DNA of 64,000 nucleotides from the IMG/VR virus record IMGVR_UViG_3300045412_000261, positions 1 through 64,000 of that record; one strand, given 5' to 3'. Below the pieces are notes generated by a model, which had not been told where the DNA came from, searched no databases, and saw only the letters and a list, made by a program, of their open reading frames with translations. A program made the translations under genes and the position numbers. This document shows positions 1 through 9,035 of this stretch, one piece after another; the first letter of the stretch is position 1, and the number at the start of each line of letters is the position of its first letter. This DNA comes from a virus.

Positions 1-98
1 AGGATCTTACTACATGAATGGACGTAACTATTTATCCCATAATTTTGTACGAGGAAAAATAGCCAAAAAAATAAATAAGTGGATTAATGTAAAAAAAC

Positions 99-129
99 TT
101 GCACATTAAACTTTTTGTATTTACTTTTG
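99..129 (+). promoter_or_regulatory. Bacteroidota-type sigma-A promoter (-33 TTG, -7 TAnnTTTG) upstream of the tRNA
   Basis: TTG at 99-101, 20-nt spacer, TACTTTTG at 122-129; matches the Bacteroides/Flavobacterium housekeeping consensus. Confidence 0.55.
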
Positions 130-244
130 TTAAAAAATAGTGAATATGGAAAAAAAAGAAGATCCTGCTGAAAAAAAGAGTAAAAAAATAAAAATGATAC
201 TACGGGAGTGTAAAATCTATACTACCGTAGTAAAGGGTAAATAT

Positions 245-316
245 AGCGAGATAGTGTAATGGTTAACACATAGGACTCATGATCCTATACTACTAGTTCG
301 ACTCTAGTTCTCGCTA
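245..316 (+). tRNA. tRNA with CAT anticodon (elongator Met or Ile2); CCA not encoded
   Basis: Full cloverleaf: acceptor AGCGAGA/TCTCGCT, D stem GTGT/ACAC, anticodon stem TAGGA/TCCTA with loop CTCATGA, T stem ACTAG/CTAGT with loop TTCGACT. Confidence 0.93.
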
Positions 317-447
317 CTATCCTTTTCTCTCTCAAAAAATTCCAATAAATGTTAATTTTCATGCTGCCTATAAATGTATGCATGTTTAAATGATGTTTTA
401 TGTGTATTCCAAAATTTTATTATCGTAACAATCATAAATGTTTAAAA

Positions 448-975
448 ATGAAGAAAGATGTATTAGAAGATGTTGTCAAATTCCAAAAGATGTTAGGACG
501 GCATAAAGAAAAAAAAGTAGAGAATTTTAAAAATGCGTTAGCCATGATGCTAGATGAAAGTACTGAATTTATAGATGAATTCATACATCTAGATGATTTA
601 AACATGGATGATGACATTAATTTTGAAACCATTAACAGACAGAACATTGCAAAAGAGGCAGCTGATGTTATTTATACATTGATTGCCATTTTAGTACAAT
701 TAGATATTCCTATCATTGAAGCTGTTGAAAAAGTGAACGAAAGTAACTTTAGTAAATTTCTACCGTCTAAAACACTTGCGGAATCACAATTACTCGGGGT
801 TAGAAGGAAGTACGAAATGACTACGGATGATATTATCGAAATTAAGTCCTGTACGGTAGAAGGTCAAGATTTCTATTATTTCTGTAGACTTTCTGATGGT
901 AAGATGTTGAAGCCTTTATCTTATGTAGAAGCTGATATGTCATTCATCCATAGTAATAAACCAGAAAAAGTATAA
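448..975 (+). CDS. MazG-like / all-alpha NTP pyrophosphohydrolase
   Basis: MLDESTEF...AKEAADVIY...VNESNFSK...DGKMLKP motifs of the phage MazG/PRA-PH-like family; likely start MKKD at 448 (ORF is open from 400). Confidence 0.75.
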   Translation: MKKDVLEDVVKFQKMLGRHKEKKVENFKNALAMMLDESTEFIDEFIHLDDLNMDDDINFETINRQNIAKEAADVIYTLIAILVQLDIPIIEAVEKVNESNFSKFLPSKTLAESQLLGVRRKYEMTTDDIIEIKSCTVEGQDFYYFCRLSDGKMLKPLSYVEADMSFIHSNKPEKV

Positions 976-1004
976 ATTGCCAAAACTATAAAAAAAAACG
1001 ACTT

Positions 1005-1292
1005 TTGGCAAAATATAAAACAAAAAAAATGAAAGAGACAGAACTAGAATTATTAGGTTTTGAGAAGGAATATACCGATGATAAAAGTGTTTATTATTAT
1101 GTGTATGACTTTGATAAAAATAACAAACATAGAACGTACCTAAGTATGATTACGAACGAATGTAGCGATGAATTAGAAAAAACAAATGGTGAATGGTCAG
1201 TATCAATTTTTGACTCCTCTTCGCTAATTTATAAAACATATCGTCAAGTTAAAGCAATTATAGACGCTATAGAAGACATAAGCGAAGACTAA
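1005..1292 (+). CDS. hypothetical protein
   Basis: 95-aa ORF tightly packed in the + strand operon. Confidence 0.6.
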   Translation: MAKYKTKKMKETELELLGFEKEYTDDKSVYYYVYDFDKNNKHRTYLSMITNECSDELEKTNGEWSVSIFDSSSLIYKTYRQVKAIIDAIEDISED

Positions 1293-1293
1293 A

Positions 1294-2214
1294 ATGGGAG
1301 AAAAAATAGAAACTTATGTAAGGGAGAATAGAAGATTGCCGATATATATAGCTCTTGCTATCTGCGTTTCTTTTTTTCTAGGCGCAATTGCTAGTAGAAA
1401 CGATATATCAAACTATGATAAGCAGGAAATATTTTCCGGGGGTTCTATTGAATATGTTGTGAAATATGTTTATGATACAGTCTATATAGAAAAATCTAAC
1501 TATACAATTATAAAAGATACGGTATATATAGAAAATAAGGTAAATATAGTAAAGGACGGAGTTTTAGCGAAACCTAACAAATCCGTTCCTTTCGCTATAC
1601 CTTTCACGGCGTTCACATCTAGGTCTTATGGTCACGAATTTGAGAAATATAGCCACAAAGAAGCTATTGACTACTTGAAGAGTAAAGGTTTTAGAAATTT
1701 AGAAGGATTAAACGTAGTTACATTAAGGAGAATAAACTTATTGTATAATTACGATTCCTTACTTTATGCGGTTCATCATATGACTGATTTTCCTGTATCT
1801 TTTATATATGCTTACTTTATATTAGAGGCTACTTCTGTTGGCGTAGAAACCGATTTATGGAGATTATACGGAAACCCCGGAGGTATAAAAAAAATAGGAG
1901 ATTATGATTATGTAAATCTTAAAACTATAGAATATATAAAAGGCAAAAGGAAAAAAATAAGACAGAAGTTTTTTTCTGCGAAAAATACAGAAGAAGGTAT
2001 AAAAGTATGGGCAGATGTTTTCAATTCTCCTAGATATAACAAATGTAGAAAGGCAGATTACAGTCTCCCGTCAAACCAAATTTACCGGAATATGTGTAAG
2101 TGTATGATGAAAGCAGGATATCATACAAGTCCAGATTATAATATGAGAGCTGATTATATGAAAGAGTATTGGGAATTTAAAAAATTACATTTCCCAAGAA
2201 GACTAATTAATTAA
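1294..2214 (+). CDS. GH73 (FlgJ/glucosaminidase-like) peptidoglycan hydrolase with N-terminal TM anchor; candidate endolysin
   Basis: TM segment IYIALAICVSFFLGAIA; GH73 motifs ILEA (catalytic E), NPGGIK, TIEY, PRY and AGYHTSPDY. Confidence 0.75.
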   Translation: MGEKIETYVRENRRLPIYIALAICVSFFLGAIASRNDISNYDKQEIFSGGSIEYVVKYVYDTVYIEKSNYTIIKDTVYIENKVNIVKDGVLAKPNKSVPFAIPFTAFTSRSYGHEFEKYSHKEAIDYLKSKGFRNLEGLNVVTLRRINLLYNYDSLLYAVHHMTDFPVSFIYAYFILEATSVGVETDLWRLYGNPGGIKKIGDYDYVNLKTIEYIKGKRKKIRQKFFSAKNTEEGIKVWADVFNSPRYNKCRKADYSLPSNQIYRNMCKCMMKAGYHTSPDYNMRADYMKEYWEFKKLHFPRRLIN

Positions 2215-2246
2215 TATTGATACTATTTATTTTAAAAAGTACGGAT

Positions 2247-2546
2247 ATGAACAAAAAAGTAATAGAACAAATGGAGGAATCCTACCAGGAGTATGAATCT
2301 TTAGAATTTAATGCTCAAGGTTTATCTGATAAAGACATGTTTAGGGAAATACTTAAGATATTTTTCCGAAACATGGATAAAACTATCTTTAAAACTGACA
2401 AAGATGGTAATGTAATGTATAATAATCAAGGAGAAGAAATAATAAATTGGTTTGAGTTGGTTAAACTAATATTGTTTAGCTTAACAAAGCTGATTGGAAA
2501 TTATATGGCTCTCAAAAAAATTGCACAAGTAAAAAAATTATTATGA
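2247..2546 (+). CDS. hypothetical protein
   Basis: ORF open from 2217; likely ATG at 2247; overlaps the next start; hydrophobic C-terminal stretch. Confidence 0.55.
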   Translation: MNKKVIEQMEESYQEYESLEFNAQGLSDKDMFREILKIFFRNMDKTIFKTDKDGNVMYNNQGEEIINWFELVKLILFSLTKLIGNYMALKKIAQVKKLL

Positions 2547-4078
2547 AATTTTCCGCATCCGATATACAATTTGCGCAAAAAATAAATTTTGAACTAGTAG
2601 CTAAATATTTTAATGCGCTAGGAGAAAATCACGAGATTATTCTTCCCCCACCTCCTACCCCTATTTCTGCTACATTACAAGCTAAAATACTTAGCAATGG
2701 TAATTGGGGGTATGGTTTTTTAAAAACAGATTTTATTGCCGAAAAATTAAAAAGAGGTGAGAAACCGGCTCGTAAAATATTATATTGTGTTGTTGATACT
2801 ATGGCATATCCGAATCACGATGCTTTATTGTCAAATAACCAATTTGTGCCAAAAAAATTCTGCTTGGACCATACAACGGATAAAACTGGAATCGATGGTC
2901 ACGGACATGGCCACCACGTTGCAGGTACTATTATGGGGAAGCACCCTAATGGATTCCCGCTTGGTTTGGCTTATGTTAACAATGCCCCTACGGAAGATCT
3001 CATCATGGCTCAAAAAGGATTAAATTCTAACGGCTCTGGAGCTTCCGATTGGTTAGTTAATGCTATATTACATGCAGCAAATGTATGGGAAACAGAGTAC
3101 AAGAAACTAGGATACTTATTGGTATACAACTTTTCTTGGGGCGGAGGTTCTGAAACTCCTGCAATATCAAGAGCTATAGAACAAGTTATTTCAAGGGGTG
3201 CTTTTGTAAATGCTGCTGCCGGAAATGATGGTAGTGGCGTAGTAGGATGGCCCGCTGCACACAAAGAAGTTATTTCCTGGGCAGCTTGTGATAATACTGG
3301 GAGACGTGCTAACTTTTCTCAATACGGTACTGAATTAGAAGCAATCGCTCCGGGTGTTTCAATATGGTCTACATTTAAAGACAATGGAAGTTATGTATCT
3401 TGGGATGGTACAAGTATGGCTACTCCTCACGGTACAGCTGCTATGGGCCATGTATTGAAGTGGTATCCTGAAATAAAGAATCAAGCTGATCTTTTAGCAT
3501 TCCTTTCTACAAATGCCGTGGATGGAGGACCAGAAGGTAAAGATATTGAATATGGGTACGGATTTCCTATGTTAGATAAGTTACTTTCTAAAACAGCTCC
3601 TGAACCACAACCAGTAACCCCACCTAAAGATATTGAAGAACCTGCAATCCCCCTTCCAGGTAAAAGATCTACATTTAGAAATTTAACATTAGAAATAGAT
3701 GCTACACATTCTTTTTTATGGAAAGTGCAGCATCCATGGAATGATAAAAAGTCAAATTCAAACATATTTAATATTAACAAATTGCCTATTTCTGAAAAGG
3801 ATAAGTTAACAAATTCTAAGATATACAAAAAAATATACATCAAAAAAATATCTTTACAAACAAAAACTTTATTAAATTATAATGAAGTGTTATTTTTCTA
3901 TAGTCAGTATTTTGATAAATTCTTCAACGAGAGTGGAGTTTTCGTAAAAAATGGTTCTGATGCTCATGATATTTGCAGTTATATAGCTAATCATTTGCAA
4001 AGTACTTTAAAAATTACTATAAACACAATACAAGCTGTAGATGAAATAGGCAATAAAATAATTTATACCATCAAATAA
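2543..4078 (+). CDS. S8 subtilisin-family serine peptidase with C-terminal extension
   Basis: Catalytic motifs VVDT, HGHHVAG, AAAGN and GTSMATPH; Pro-rich linkers. Confidence 0.92.
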   Translation: MKFSASDIQFAQKINFELVAKYFNALGENHEIILPPPPTPISATLQAKILSNGNWGYGFLKTDFIAEKLKRGEKPARKILYCVVDTMAYPNHDALLSNNQFVPKKFCLDHTTDKTGIDGHGHGHHVAGTIMGKHPNGFPLGLAYVNNAPTEDLIMAQKGLNSNGSGASDWLVNAILHAANVWETEYKKLGYLLVYNFSWGGGSETPAISRAIEQVISRGAFVNAAAGNDGSGVVGWPAAHKEVISWAACDNTGRRANFSQYGTELEAIAPGVSIWSTFKDNGSYVSWDGTSMATPHGTAAMGHVLKWYPEIKNQADLLAFLSTNAVDGGPEGKDIEYGYGFPMLDKLLSKTAPEPQPVTPPKDIEEPAIPLPGKRSTFRNLTLEIDATHSFLWKVQHPWNDKKSNSNIFNINKLPISEKDKLTNSKIYKKIYIKKISLQTKTLLNYNEVLFFYSQYFDKFFNESGVFVKNGSDAHDICSYIANHLQSTLKITINTIQAVDEIGNKIIYTIK

Positions 4079-4666
4079 TTACCTGTAAGGTAGTCCTCCT
4101 AACCAAAGAACAAGGGATTTCCTAATTCCAAAATCAACCGGAGTGACTCGATGTAGCATAAAGGACGGGAATATAACGACTCGTCCTTTATTTTTTGGTA
4201 TAACAGTGTCGTGTTTTCCATACTTTAAAATCAAATCTCCTCCGGAGTATTCATCTGGTCCGGTAAGTTGAACAACAATTGATATCTTTCTAAAACAAAC
4301 AGGAGGAGTTCCGCCACAATCAATATGCCAGTCATACATTCCCGCATCTTCGCTATTATATATCGTATATTGAATATTCTCTACGTTATCTCCAATATTG
4401 AATTGCCACATTGTATTATTAGCCTCATCCGCGTATCTAAATAGCTTTTCATATATCCAAGCATATTCATCATTGTTTGGCATCCACTTGATTGTACTTC
4501 TTCGATATTCGCTGATATCTTCAGGAGATCCTAATACAGATGCATTTTGAGAAGGTATCTTGTCGGCTAATTTTTCGACTGCTTCTAATTCTAAATCAGA
4601 AAAACCTGTCGGGAAAGTATAGTAATTTGTTAAGTTTGGAACAAATTGTTTGAAACCTATTGCCAT
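4079..4666 (-). CDS. 2OG-Fe(II) oxygenase (PKHD/prolyl-hydroxylase-like)
   Basis: YDWHID (HxD), RKISIVVQL, YSGGDL, FPSFMLHRVTPV and RKSLVLW. Confidence 0.9.
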   Translation of the reverse strand: MAIGFKQFVPNLTNYYTFPTGFSDLELEAVEKLADKIPSQNASVLGSPEDISEYRRSTIKWMPNNDEYAWIYEKLFRYADEANNTMWQFNIGDNVENIQYTIYNSEDAGMYDWHIDCGGTPPVCFRKISIVVQLTGPDEYSGGDLILKYGKHDTVIPKNKGRVVIFPSFMLHRVTPVDFGIRKSLVLWLGGLPYR

Positions 4667-4667
4667 A

Positions 4668-4871
4668 TTATCCTAGTATTACTTTTTTATTTTCAGTTAG
4701 TGTGAACATTCCTTTTAGTCTAGTCAGATATTCTTCTGTTACATAGACGGATACCCATTCCATTTCTTCCGTTTCTTGTAGTGTTAATTCTGGTCCTAAT
4801 CTACATTCTGATACGAGAATGTCATTATTTACCTTTTCGACATCTTTTTTCTTAACCCAAATCTGTTTCAT
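4668..4871 (-). CDS. hypothetical protein
   Basis: Short ORF in a chain of overlapping - strand genes. Confidence 0.5.
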   Translation of the reverse strand: MKQIWVKKKDVEKVNNDILVSECRLGPELTLQETEEMEWVSVYVTEEYLTRLKGMFTLTENKKVILG

Positions 4872-5079
4872 TTTTTTCTTTTTTTTGATCTAATGGTAAG
4901 CCAGAATACAGCTTCTCATCTATTGTTTTCATTAATTGATTTTTAGTACGAGTATTAGATTCTACCATCTGTGAATAGTAGACTAGCTCATATTCTATTC
5001 GTCCTAGCTCTTTGAATAATTGTTCTATTTCAGTTTGTTCTTTACTGTTACTTAACATATTTTTCCATATAATTTTCAA
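4852..5079 (-). CDS. hypothetical coiled-coil protein
   Basis: Operon packing; true start may be ATG at 5058. Confidence 0.5.
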   Translation of the reverse strand: MKIIWKNMLSNSKEQTEIEQLFKELGRIEYELVYYSQMVESNTRTKNQLMKTIDEKLYSGLPLDQKKEKNETDLG

Positions 5080-5278
5080 TTCTAGATTGTACTTCAGAAA
5101 AATCAGGATTTATTTTATGTAAAATCAAGAATTTTTCTATTTCTTCTTTTTTACCTAAAAAATCATTTCTGTTAATTAGATAAACATTAAACAAATACTC
5201 ATTATAATAAGTTCTATAATCTTCTGTATTTTCAGCAGAATTGTATAAAATACTTTCGCTCCATTCTAGTGAAATCAT
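5048..5278 (-). CDS. hypothetical protein
   Basis: Operon packing. Confidence 0.5.
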   Translation of the reverse strand: MISLEWSESILYNSAENTEDYRTYYNEYLFNVYLINRNDFLGKKEEIEKFLILHKINPDFSEVQSRIENYMEKYVK

Positions 5279-5280
5279 AA

Positions 5281-5805
5281 TTAAAAATTTTTGGGTCCTA
5301 TGAAATTTCCTACATTTATAAAATAACAGTTATAGCATAAAACTCTAATATTTTCAAGTTTTTGATTATCAGTATCTCCATCTTTAAAATCCAAGATTAG
5401 AGCACTAGCCCCATCCGCAATTCGTTTTTCCTCATGTCCACATAAGCAACACTTCTCAGGCACTATGCCGGACATAAACAATCTCTTTTTGAAATGAGTT
5501 TTATTTTTTGTAGATCTTTTTCCTTCTAGTACTTCTTTTAAATCGGAAAAGAAATCAGATTTTTTAGGAGTTCTAAATATACCTACTCCTGTTTTATTAT
5601 TAGAAGTTTCATACCATGTTTTTCCAGTAGCCGGATTTTTATATAATGATGCATATTTCTTAAACGTAGATACGGAAACTCTTAAAAATCTAGCTGCTTG
5701 TGCAGATGACTTTGTATTTTCTATTGCATATTTTATCTCTGACTCGCTTAAATTTATTTGCGGCCTACCATTAGGATTAAAAGATTTACGTTGAAACAGA
5801 CCCAT
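5281..5805 (-). CDS. HTH plus degenerate HNH/zinc-binding domain protein
   Basis: N-terminal HTH-like SSAQAARFLRVSVSTFKKY; C-terminal CCLCG...LILDFKDGDTDNQKLENIRVLCYNC. Confidence 0.65.
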   Translation of the reverse strand: MGLFQRKSFNPNGRPQINLSESEIKYAIENTKSSAQAARFLRVSVSTFKKYASLYKNPATGKTWYETSNNKTGVGIFRTPKKSDFFSDLKEVLEGKRSTKNKTHFKKRLFMSGIVPEKCCLCGHEEKRIADGASALILDFKDGDTDNQKLENIRVLCYNCYFINVGNFIGPKNF

Positions 5806-6218
5806 TATACATTAGTTACAGTTACTTCAAAATTTATATTATCAGCTATTAAATCTTCACAATATTCTCCCATCATTTCTACATCTTGAATAGTCATAAA
5901 ATTAACTACTTTTTTATTTTTTATAATGATAGCTAATTGTTCTGCTGTATTACTTGTAATTCCTAAAAAATTATAGAATACATTTATATAATCATGTAAA
6001 TTTAATCCATTATCATATATGTAAATCTTATATTCATAATTTTCATTCTTTTTTATCCACCCTTCTGGTAATACAACATTGGATAAATCATTGGATATAT
6101 CATTTACAGCGTCTTCAAAATAATCATAAATTTTTACAGTAAGTGGATATCCTGTATGCGAATCAACCAGATACATGTAAACTTTACTCAAGGATGAAAT
6201 CCATTTCAGTTTATACAT
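5805..6218 (-). CDS. ClpS-like adaptor domain protein
   Basis: C-terminal YKIYIYDNGLN..DYINVF...TSNTAEQLAIIIKNK...CEDLIADNINFEV resembles Bacteroidota ClpS. Confidence 0.5.
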   Translation of the reverse strand: MYKLKWISSLSKVYMYLVDSHTGYPLTVKIYDYFEDAVNDISNDLSNVVLPEGWIKKNENYEYKIYIYDNGLNLHDYINVFYNFLGITSNTAEQLAIIIKNKKVVNFMTIQDVEMMGEYCEDLIADNINFEVTVTNV

Positions 6219-6420
6219 GTTTCATTTTTTTTATAGCGTTTTTAATTATAATACATTTAGCAAAATCATTATTCTTTTCAAAATGTTTTAACATCTTTTC
6301 TGAGATGTCTATTTTTTCATTTTTAGATGCTTTATCTGACCAATTTGTAAAATTATTTTTTGATGTTATATCATATATTAAATCAATAGCTGCATCTTCA
6401 TAATCCCTAATTTTCTCCAT
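6211..6420 (-). CDS. small protein with UVR (UvrB/UvrC)-like helical hairpin
   Basis: MLKHFEKNNDFAKCIIIKNAI pattern. Confidence 0.4.
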   Translation of the reverse strand: MEKIRDYEDAAIDLIYDITSKNNFTNWSDKASKNEKIDISEKMLKHFEKNNDFAKCIIIKNAIKKMKHV

Positions 6421-7141
6421 CTTTATTAGTTTTATCGGGTGAACTTTTAGGTTTTTCTTTCGGTTGTTCTTTTGATTTTGAGCTAGGTGTTATTTCTCTT
6501 GGTTTCTTTTCTCTTGGCTTATTTATAGGCTCCTTAACCGGTTCTACCTCTTCTTCTATATATTCGCTTATATGAATAGTCATCACTTGATTTTTCAATT
6601 CTCTTCCATTTATTTTTAATTTAGCTGGTATCAAATCGGCTGGATTATCTTTAAAATAACCAATAGAAAATTCGTTATCTTTAAGTAATCTAACAATAAC
6701 TCCACTATCTCCTGAATCATTTCTTACAATTTGATAACCATCTTCTCCTAATGTAGTATCTGCACCTTGTGTTCCTAAATCTTTTACTTTTGTCTTATCG
6801 TCATCTTCTTGTTCTATATTCTTTGGTTGTTCCGAGGCTTCTTCACTAAAAGCATCAAAGAATTTTTCCCAAAGTACTTTAGCCTTTTTAATGTTGAATA
6901 TTTTTATATTATCTTTAGTTCTACTTAATGCACTATCTATACGATTTAAAATACCCTGAGCTACTTTAGATTTATATCCTTTAGGTAAGTCCGATCTTTT
7001 TAATGTCAATATAGATTTTGCTGCTCTTTTAGGATTAGCAAACTCAAATTTCATCCCTTGCTTTTGAACTTTTTGATCTAGTTCGGCAGTAGATAATGTT
7101 TTTATTTTTTTGTCTTGCTGTTTTAAATCTATATCAGCCAT
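6407..7141 (-). CDS. hypothetical highly charged protein
   Basis: 244-aa ORF with K/E/P-rich C-terminus. Confidence 0.6.
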   Translation of the reverse strand: MADIDLKQQDKKIKTLSTAELDQKVQKQGMKFEFANPKRAAKSILTLKRSDLPKGYKSKVAQGILNRIDSALSRTKDNIKIFNIKKAKVLWEKFFDAFSEEASEQPKNIEQEDDDKTKVKDLGTQGADTTLGEDGYQIVRNDSGDSGVIVRLLKDNEFSIGYFKDNPADLIPAKLKINGRELKNQVMTIHISEYIEEEVEPVKEPINKPREKKPREITPSSKSKEQPKEKPKSSPDKTNKDGEN

Positions 7142-7142
7142 A

Positions 7143-7757
7143 TTACTTAATTAAAGATTCATTTATTGCAATACCTGTTATACCTAATGTTACTTTGCCT
7201 AATTTTCTAGGAAATAAGATGAATATAAAATCAGTAACAATTCCAGCCAATTTTACAGATTCCTTATATATCAAGACAGAGCCAGTTGATAAAATTTCTT
7301 TTTCTTTTTGGGTTATGGTATCATGAGCTTCTTGTCCTAATATACACTTATCAGTTTGTCCTAAATGATTAGATATAGATTCTGTACAATTTTTTACAAA
7401 CGTATCTACATAAGATGTGTTTGTAGCTAATAATTTTCCGTCTGAACTTTTTAACCACATAGGCAAAGGTAAATCTAATGCAGAACTTTCCAACAAGGAG
7501 ATTCCATTTTTTAAAACAAATATTTCCTGTTTTAGTTTTAAGTTATCCTCGGAAGTTGTGGTAGATTTAGATTCTAACTCGTGTAATTTTTCTTCAAGGT
7601 CTTCTATTATCTTATCTTGTCGCTCTAATAACGTATTATAATCTACAGATTTTTGTTTATTCTTATTTATTGAATAAGAAAAGATATGCCTTATACCTAG
7701 AGCGCTAAGTATTGCGGTTATAGCATAAAACAGATTTGTTAGCTCTGGTAATTTCAT
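7143..7757 (-). CDS. TM + coiled-coil + PAS-like domain protein (holin-like topology)
   Basis: TM LFYAITAILSALGI; heptad region; PAS signature LPLPMWLKSSDGKLLATN..Y...LGQTD...A..ITQKEKEILSTG. Confidence 0.65.
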   Translation of the reverse strand: MKLPELTNLFYAITAILSALGIRHIFSYSINKNKQKSVDYNTLLERQDKIIEDLEEKLHELESKSTTTSEDNLKLKQEIFVLKNGISLLESSALDLPLPMWLKSSDGKLLATNTSYVDTFVKNCTESISNHLGQTDKCILGQEAHDTITQKEKEILSTGSVLIYKESVKLAGIVTDFIFILFPRKLGKVTLGITGIAINESLIK

Positions 7758-8458
7758 TTTTTCTTCTTTTTATCTGCTGCATCCATTTGCCGTACTACTT
7801 TATTTGCCCAAGATCTTCCCGGGTTTCCTCCCCATAATAAACCGGCAATATATCCCCTATCTTGACTAGGCGTTTTTCCTGGGTCTACTTTTAAATTTTT
7901 ATTGTGACGGCTAAAGAAATTTCTCATTCTTTTTACCGTTTCGGGGCTCATTTTACTTCTGTTTTTTAAATTAGATGCTCTCTGAACTCCTGAGCCTACT
8001 CCGGCTTTTTTAGCTTGTTTAGCATTTAGTCCACCTTTACCACCTGATTTTTTTCTCATTTCTAGACCCCTTTCTGCGGCATTTGCTACGCTTTCCGGTG
8101 GTGTGAAATTTATGTGGTCATATTTTCCTTCTAGTAATTTATAAAGTTGTTCTTTTAGATAAATTACAGACTCTTTGTTTACAGTTTCTTCGTCGCCTTC
8201 AACGCTTCCTATATTAGGAATGGCAGCATCTGATTTATTTAACATATCCAAAGTGTAAGTATTAGATCCTATTTTTACTTTTGTTATAGCTTTATAATCA
8301 AAAGGGGCCGACTTTCCAGAAGCTCTGTAGCCAGTCCCCTTTGTTTTACCTAAATCGTCTTTAGATGATATAGATAATACATCTCCATCGGTAAAAACCC
8401 TTAAGGACAATCCTGTGTCCAAATACTGCGATAGATATTCTTTGTCAAAATATAGCAT
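7754..8458 (-). CDS. conserved phage protein (basic C-terminal domain often linked to head proteins)
   Basis: PPESVANAAERGLE...GVQRA...TVKRMRNFFSRH...GYIAGLLWGG..GRSWA motif. Confidence 0.55.
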   Translation of the reverse strand: MLYFDKEYLSQYLDTGLSLRVFTDGDVLSISSKDDLGKTKGTGYRASGKSAPFDYKAITKVKIGSNTYTLDMLNKSDAAIPNIGSVEGDEETVNKESVIYLKEQLYKLLEGKYDHINFTPPESVANAAERGLEMRKKSGGKGGLNAKQAKKAGVGSGVQRASNLKNRSKMSPETVKRMRNFFSRHNKNLKVDPGKTPSQDRGYIAGLLWGGNPGRSWANKVVRQMDAADKKKKK

Positions 8459-8512
8459 ATTCTTTTTTATATAAATAGTTATAAAAGAACTATAAAATAT
8501 AAATATGCCATA

Positions 8513-9022
8513 TTACTTTTTCTTTTTCTTTTTAGCTGCTTGAGCTTGCTTCCATAGCTTATCATCAGCACTTCTTGAACCTCCCACACCAGTGATAAAG
8601 CTATTTACTCTACCCATTGCCCATTGGTCTTGAGATACTCCAGGCCTATGCCCAGAATTCCATGCAGCTTTTCCTTTATTATAAACTTGACGTAATATGC
8701 CTAAAGGAATTTCAGACTTTTCTGCTTTGTTTTTTAGTCCCTTTTCGGAAGAATCTTCATCCAAAGAAATAGCATCCATATATTCTACTACTTTCTGATG
8801 TATAATTTCGCCGAATCTTTTTTTAAATGCTTTCGTAGCTGCTCCTTGTTTTGTTTTTATCCTCTTTCCGTCATCAGTGTAATCAGCGTCCCAATCCTGC
8901 TTGTAGTCGTCTTTGCCTGAAAATCTGTCAATTTCTTTTTTCATAGCTTCTTTTGATCCCTTTTTTCCCTTATCTTTTAGTCCTTTAAGATATTTTTCAG
9001 GTACTTTTCTTTGATCATCCAT
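8513..9022 (-). CDS. conserved viral basic protein (DUF5824-like)
   Basis: LKNKAEKS.IP.GILRQVYNKG.AAW.SGHRPG.SQ.QWAMGRVNSF motif, recalled from large phages and NCLDV. Confidence 0.55.
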   Translation of the reverse strand: MDDQRKVPEKYLKGLKDKGKKGSKEAMKKEIDRFSGKDDYKQDWDADYTDDGKRIKTKQGAATKAFKKRFGEIIHQKVVEYMDAISLDEDSSEKGLKNKAEKSEIPLGILRQVYNKGKAAWNSGHRPGVSQDQWAMGRVNSFITGVGGSRSADDKLWKQAQAAKKKKKK

Positions 9023-9035
9023 AATACAGTTTGTT

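Noticed and set aside
146-259. Short Lys-rich ORF upstream of and overlapping the tRNA
   Set aside because: Under 40 codons, runs into the tRNA and has no motif support
270-290. Reading the tRNA anticodon as TCA (Sec/opal suppressor)
   Set aside because: The 5-bp stem fixes a 7-nt loop centred on CAT, and there is no long variable arm
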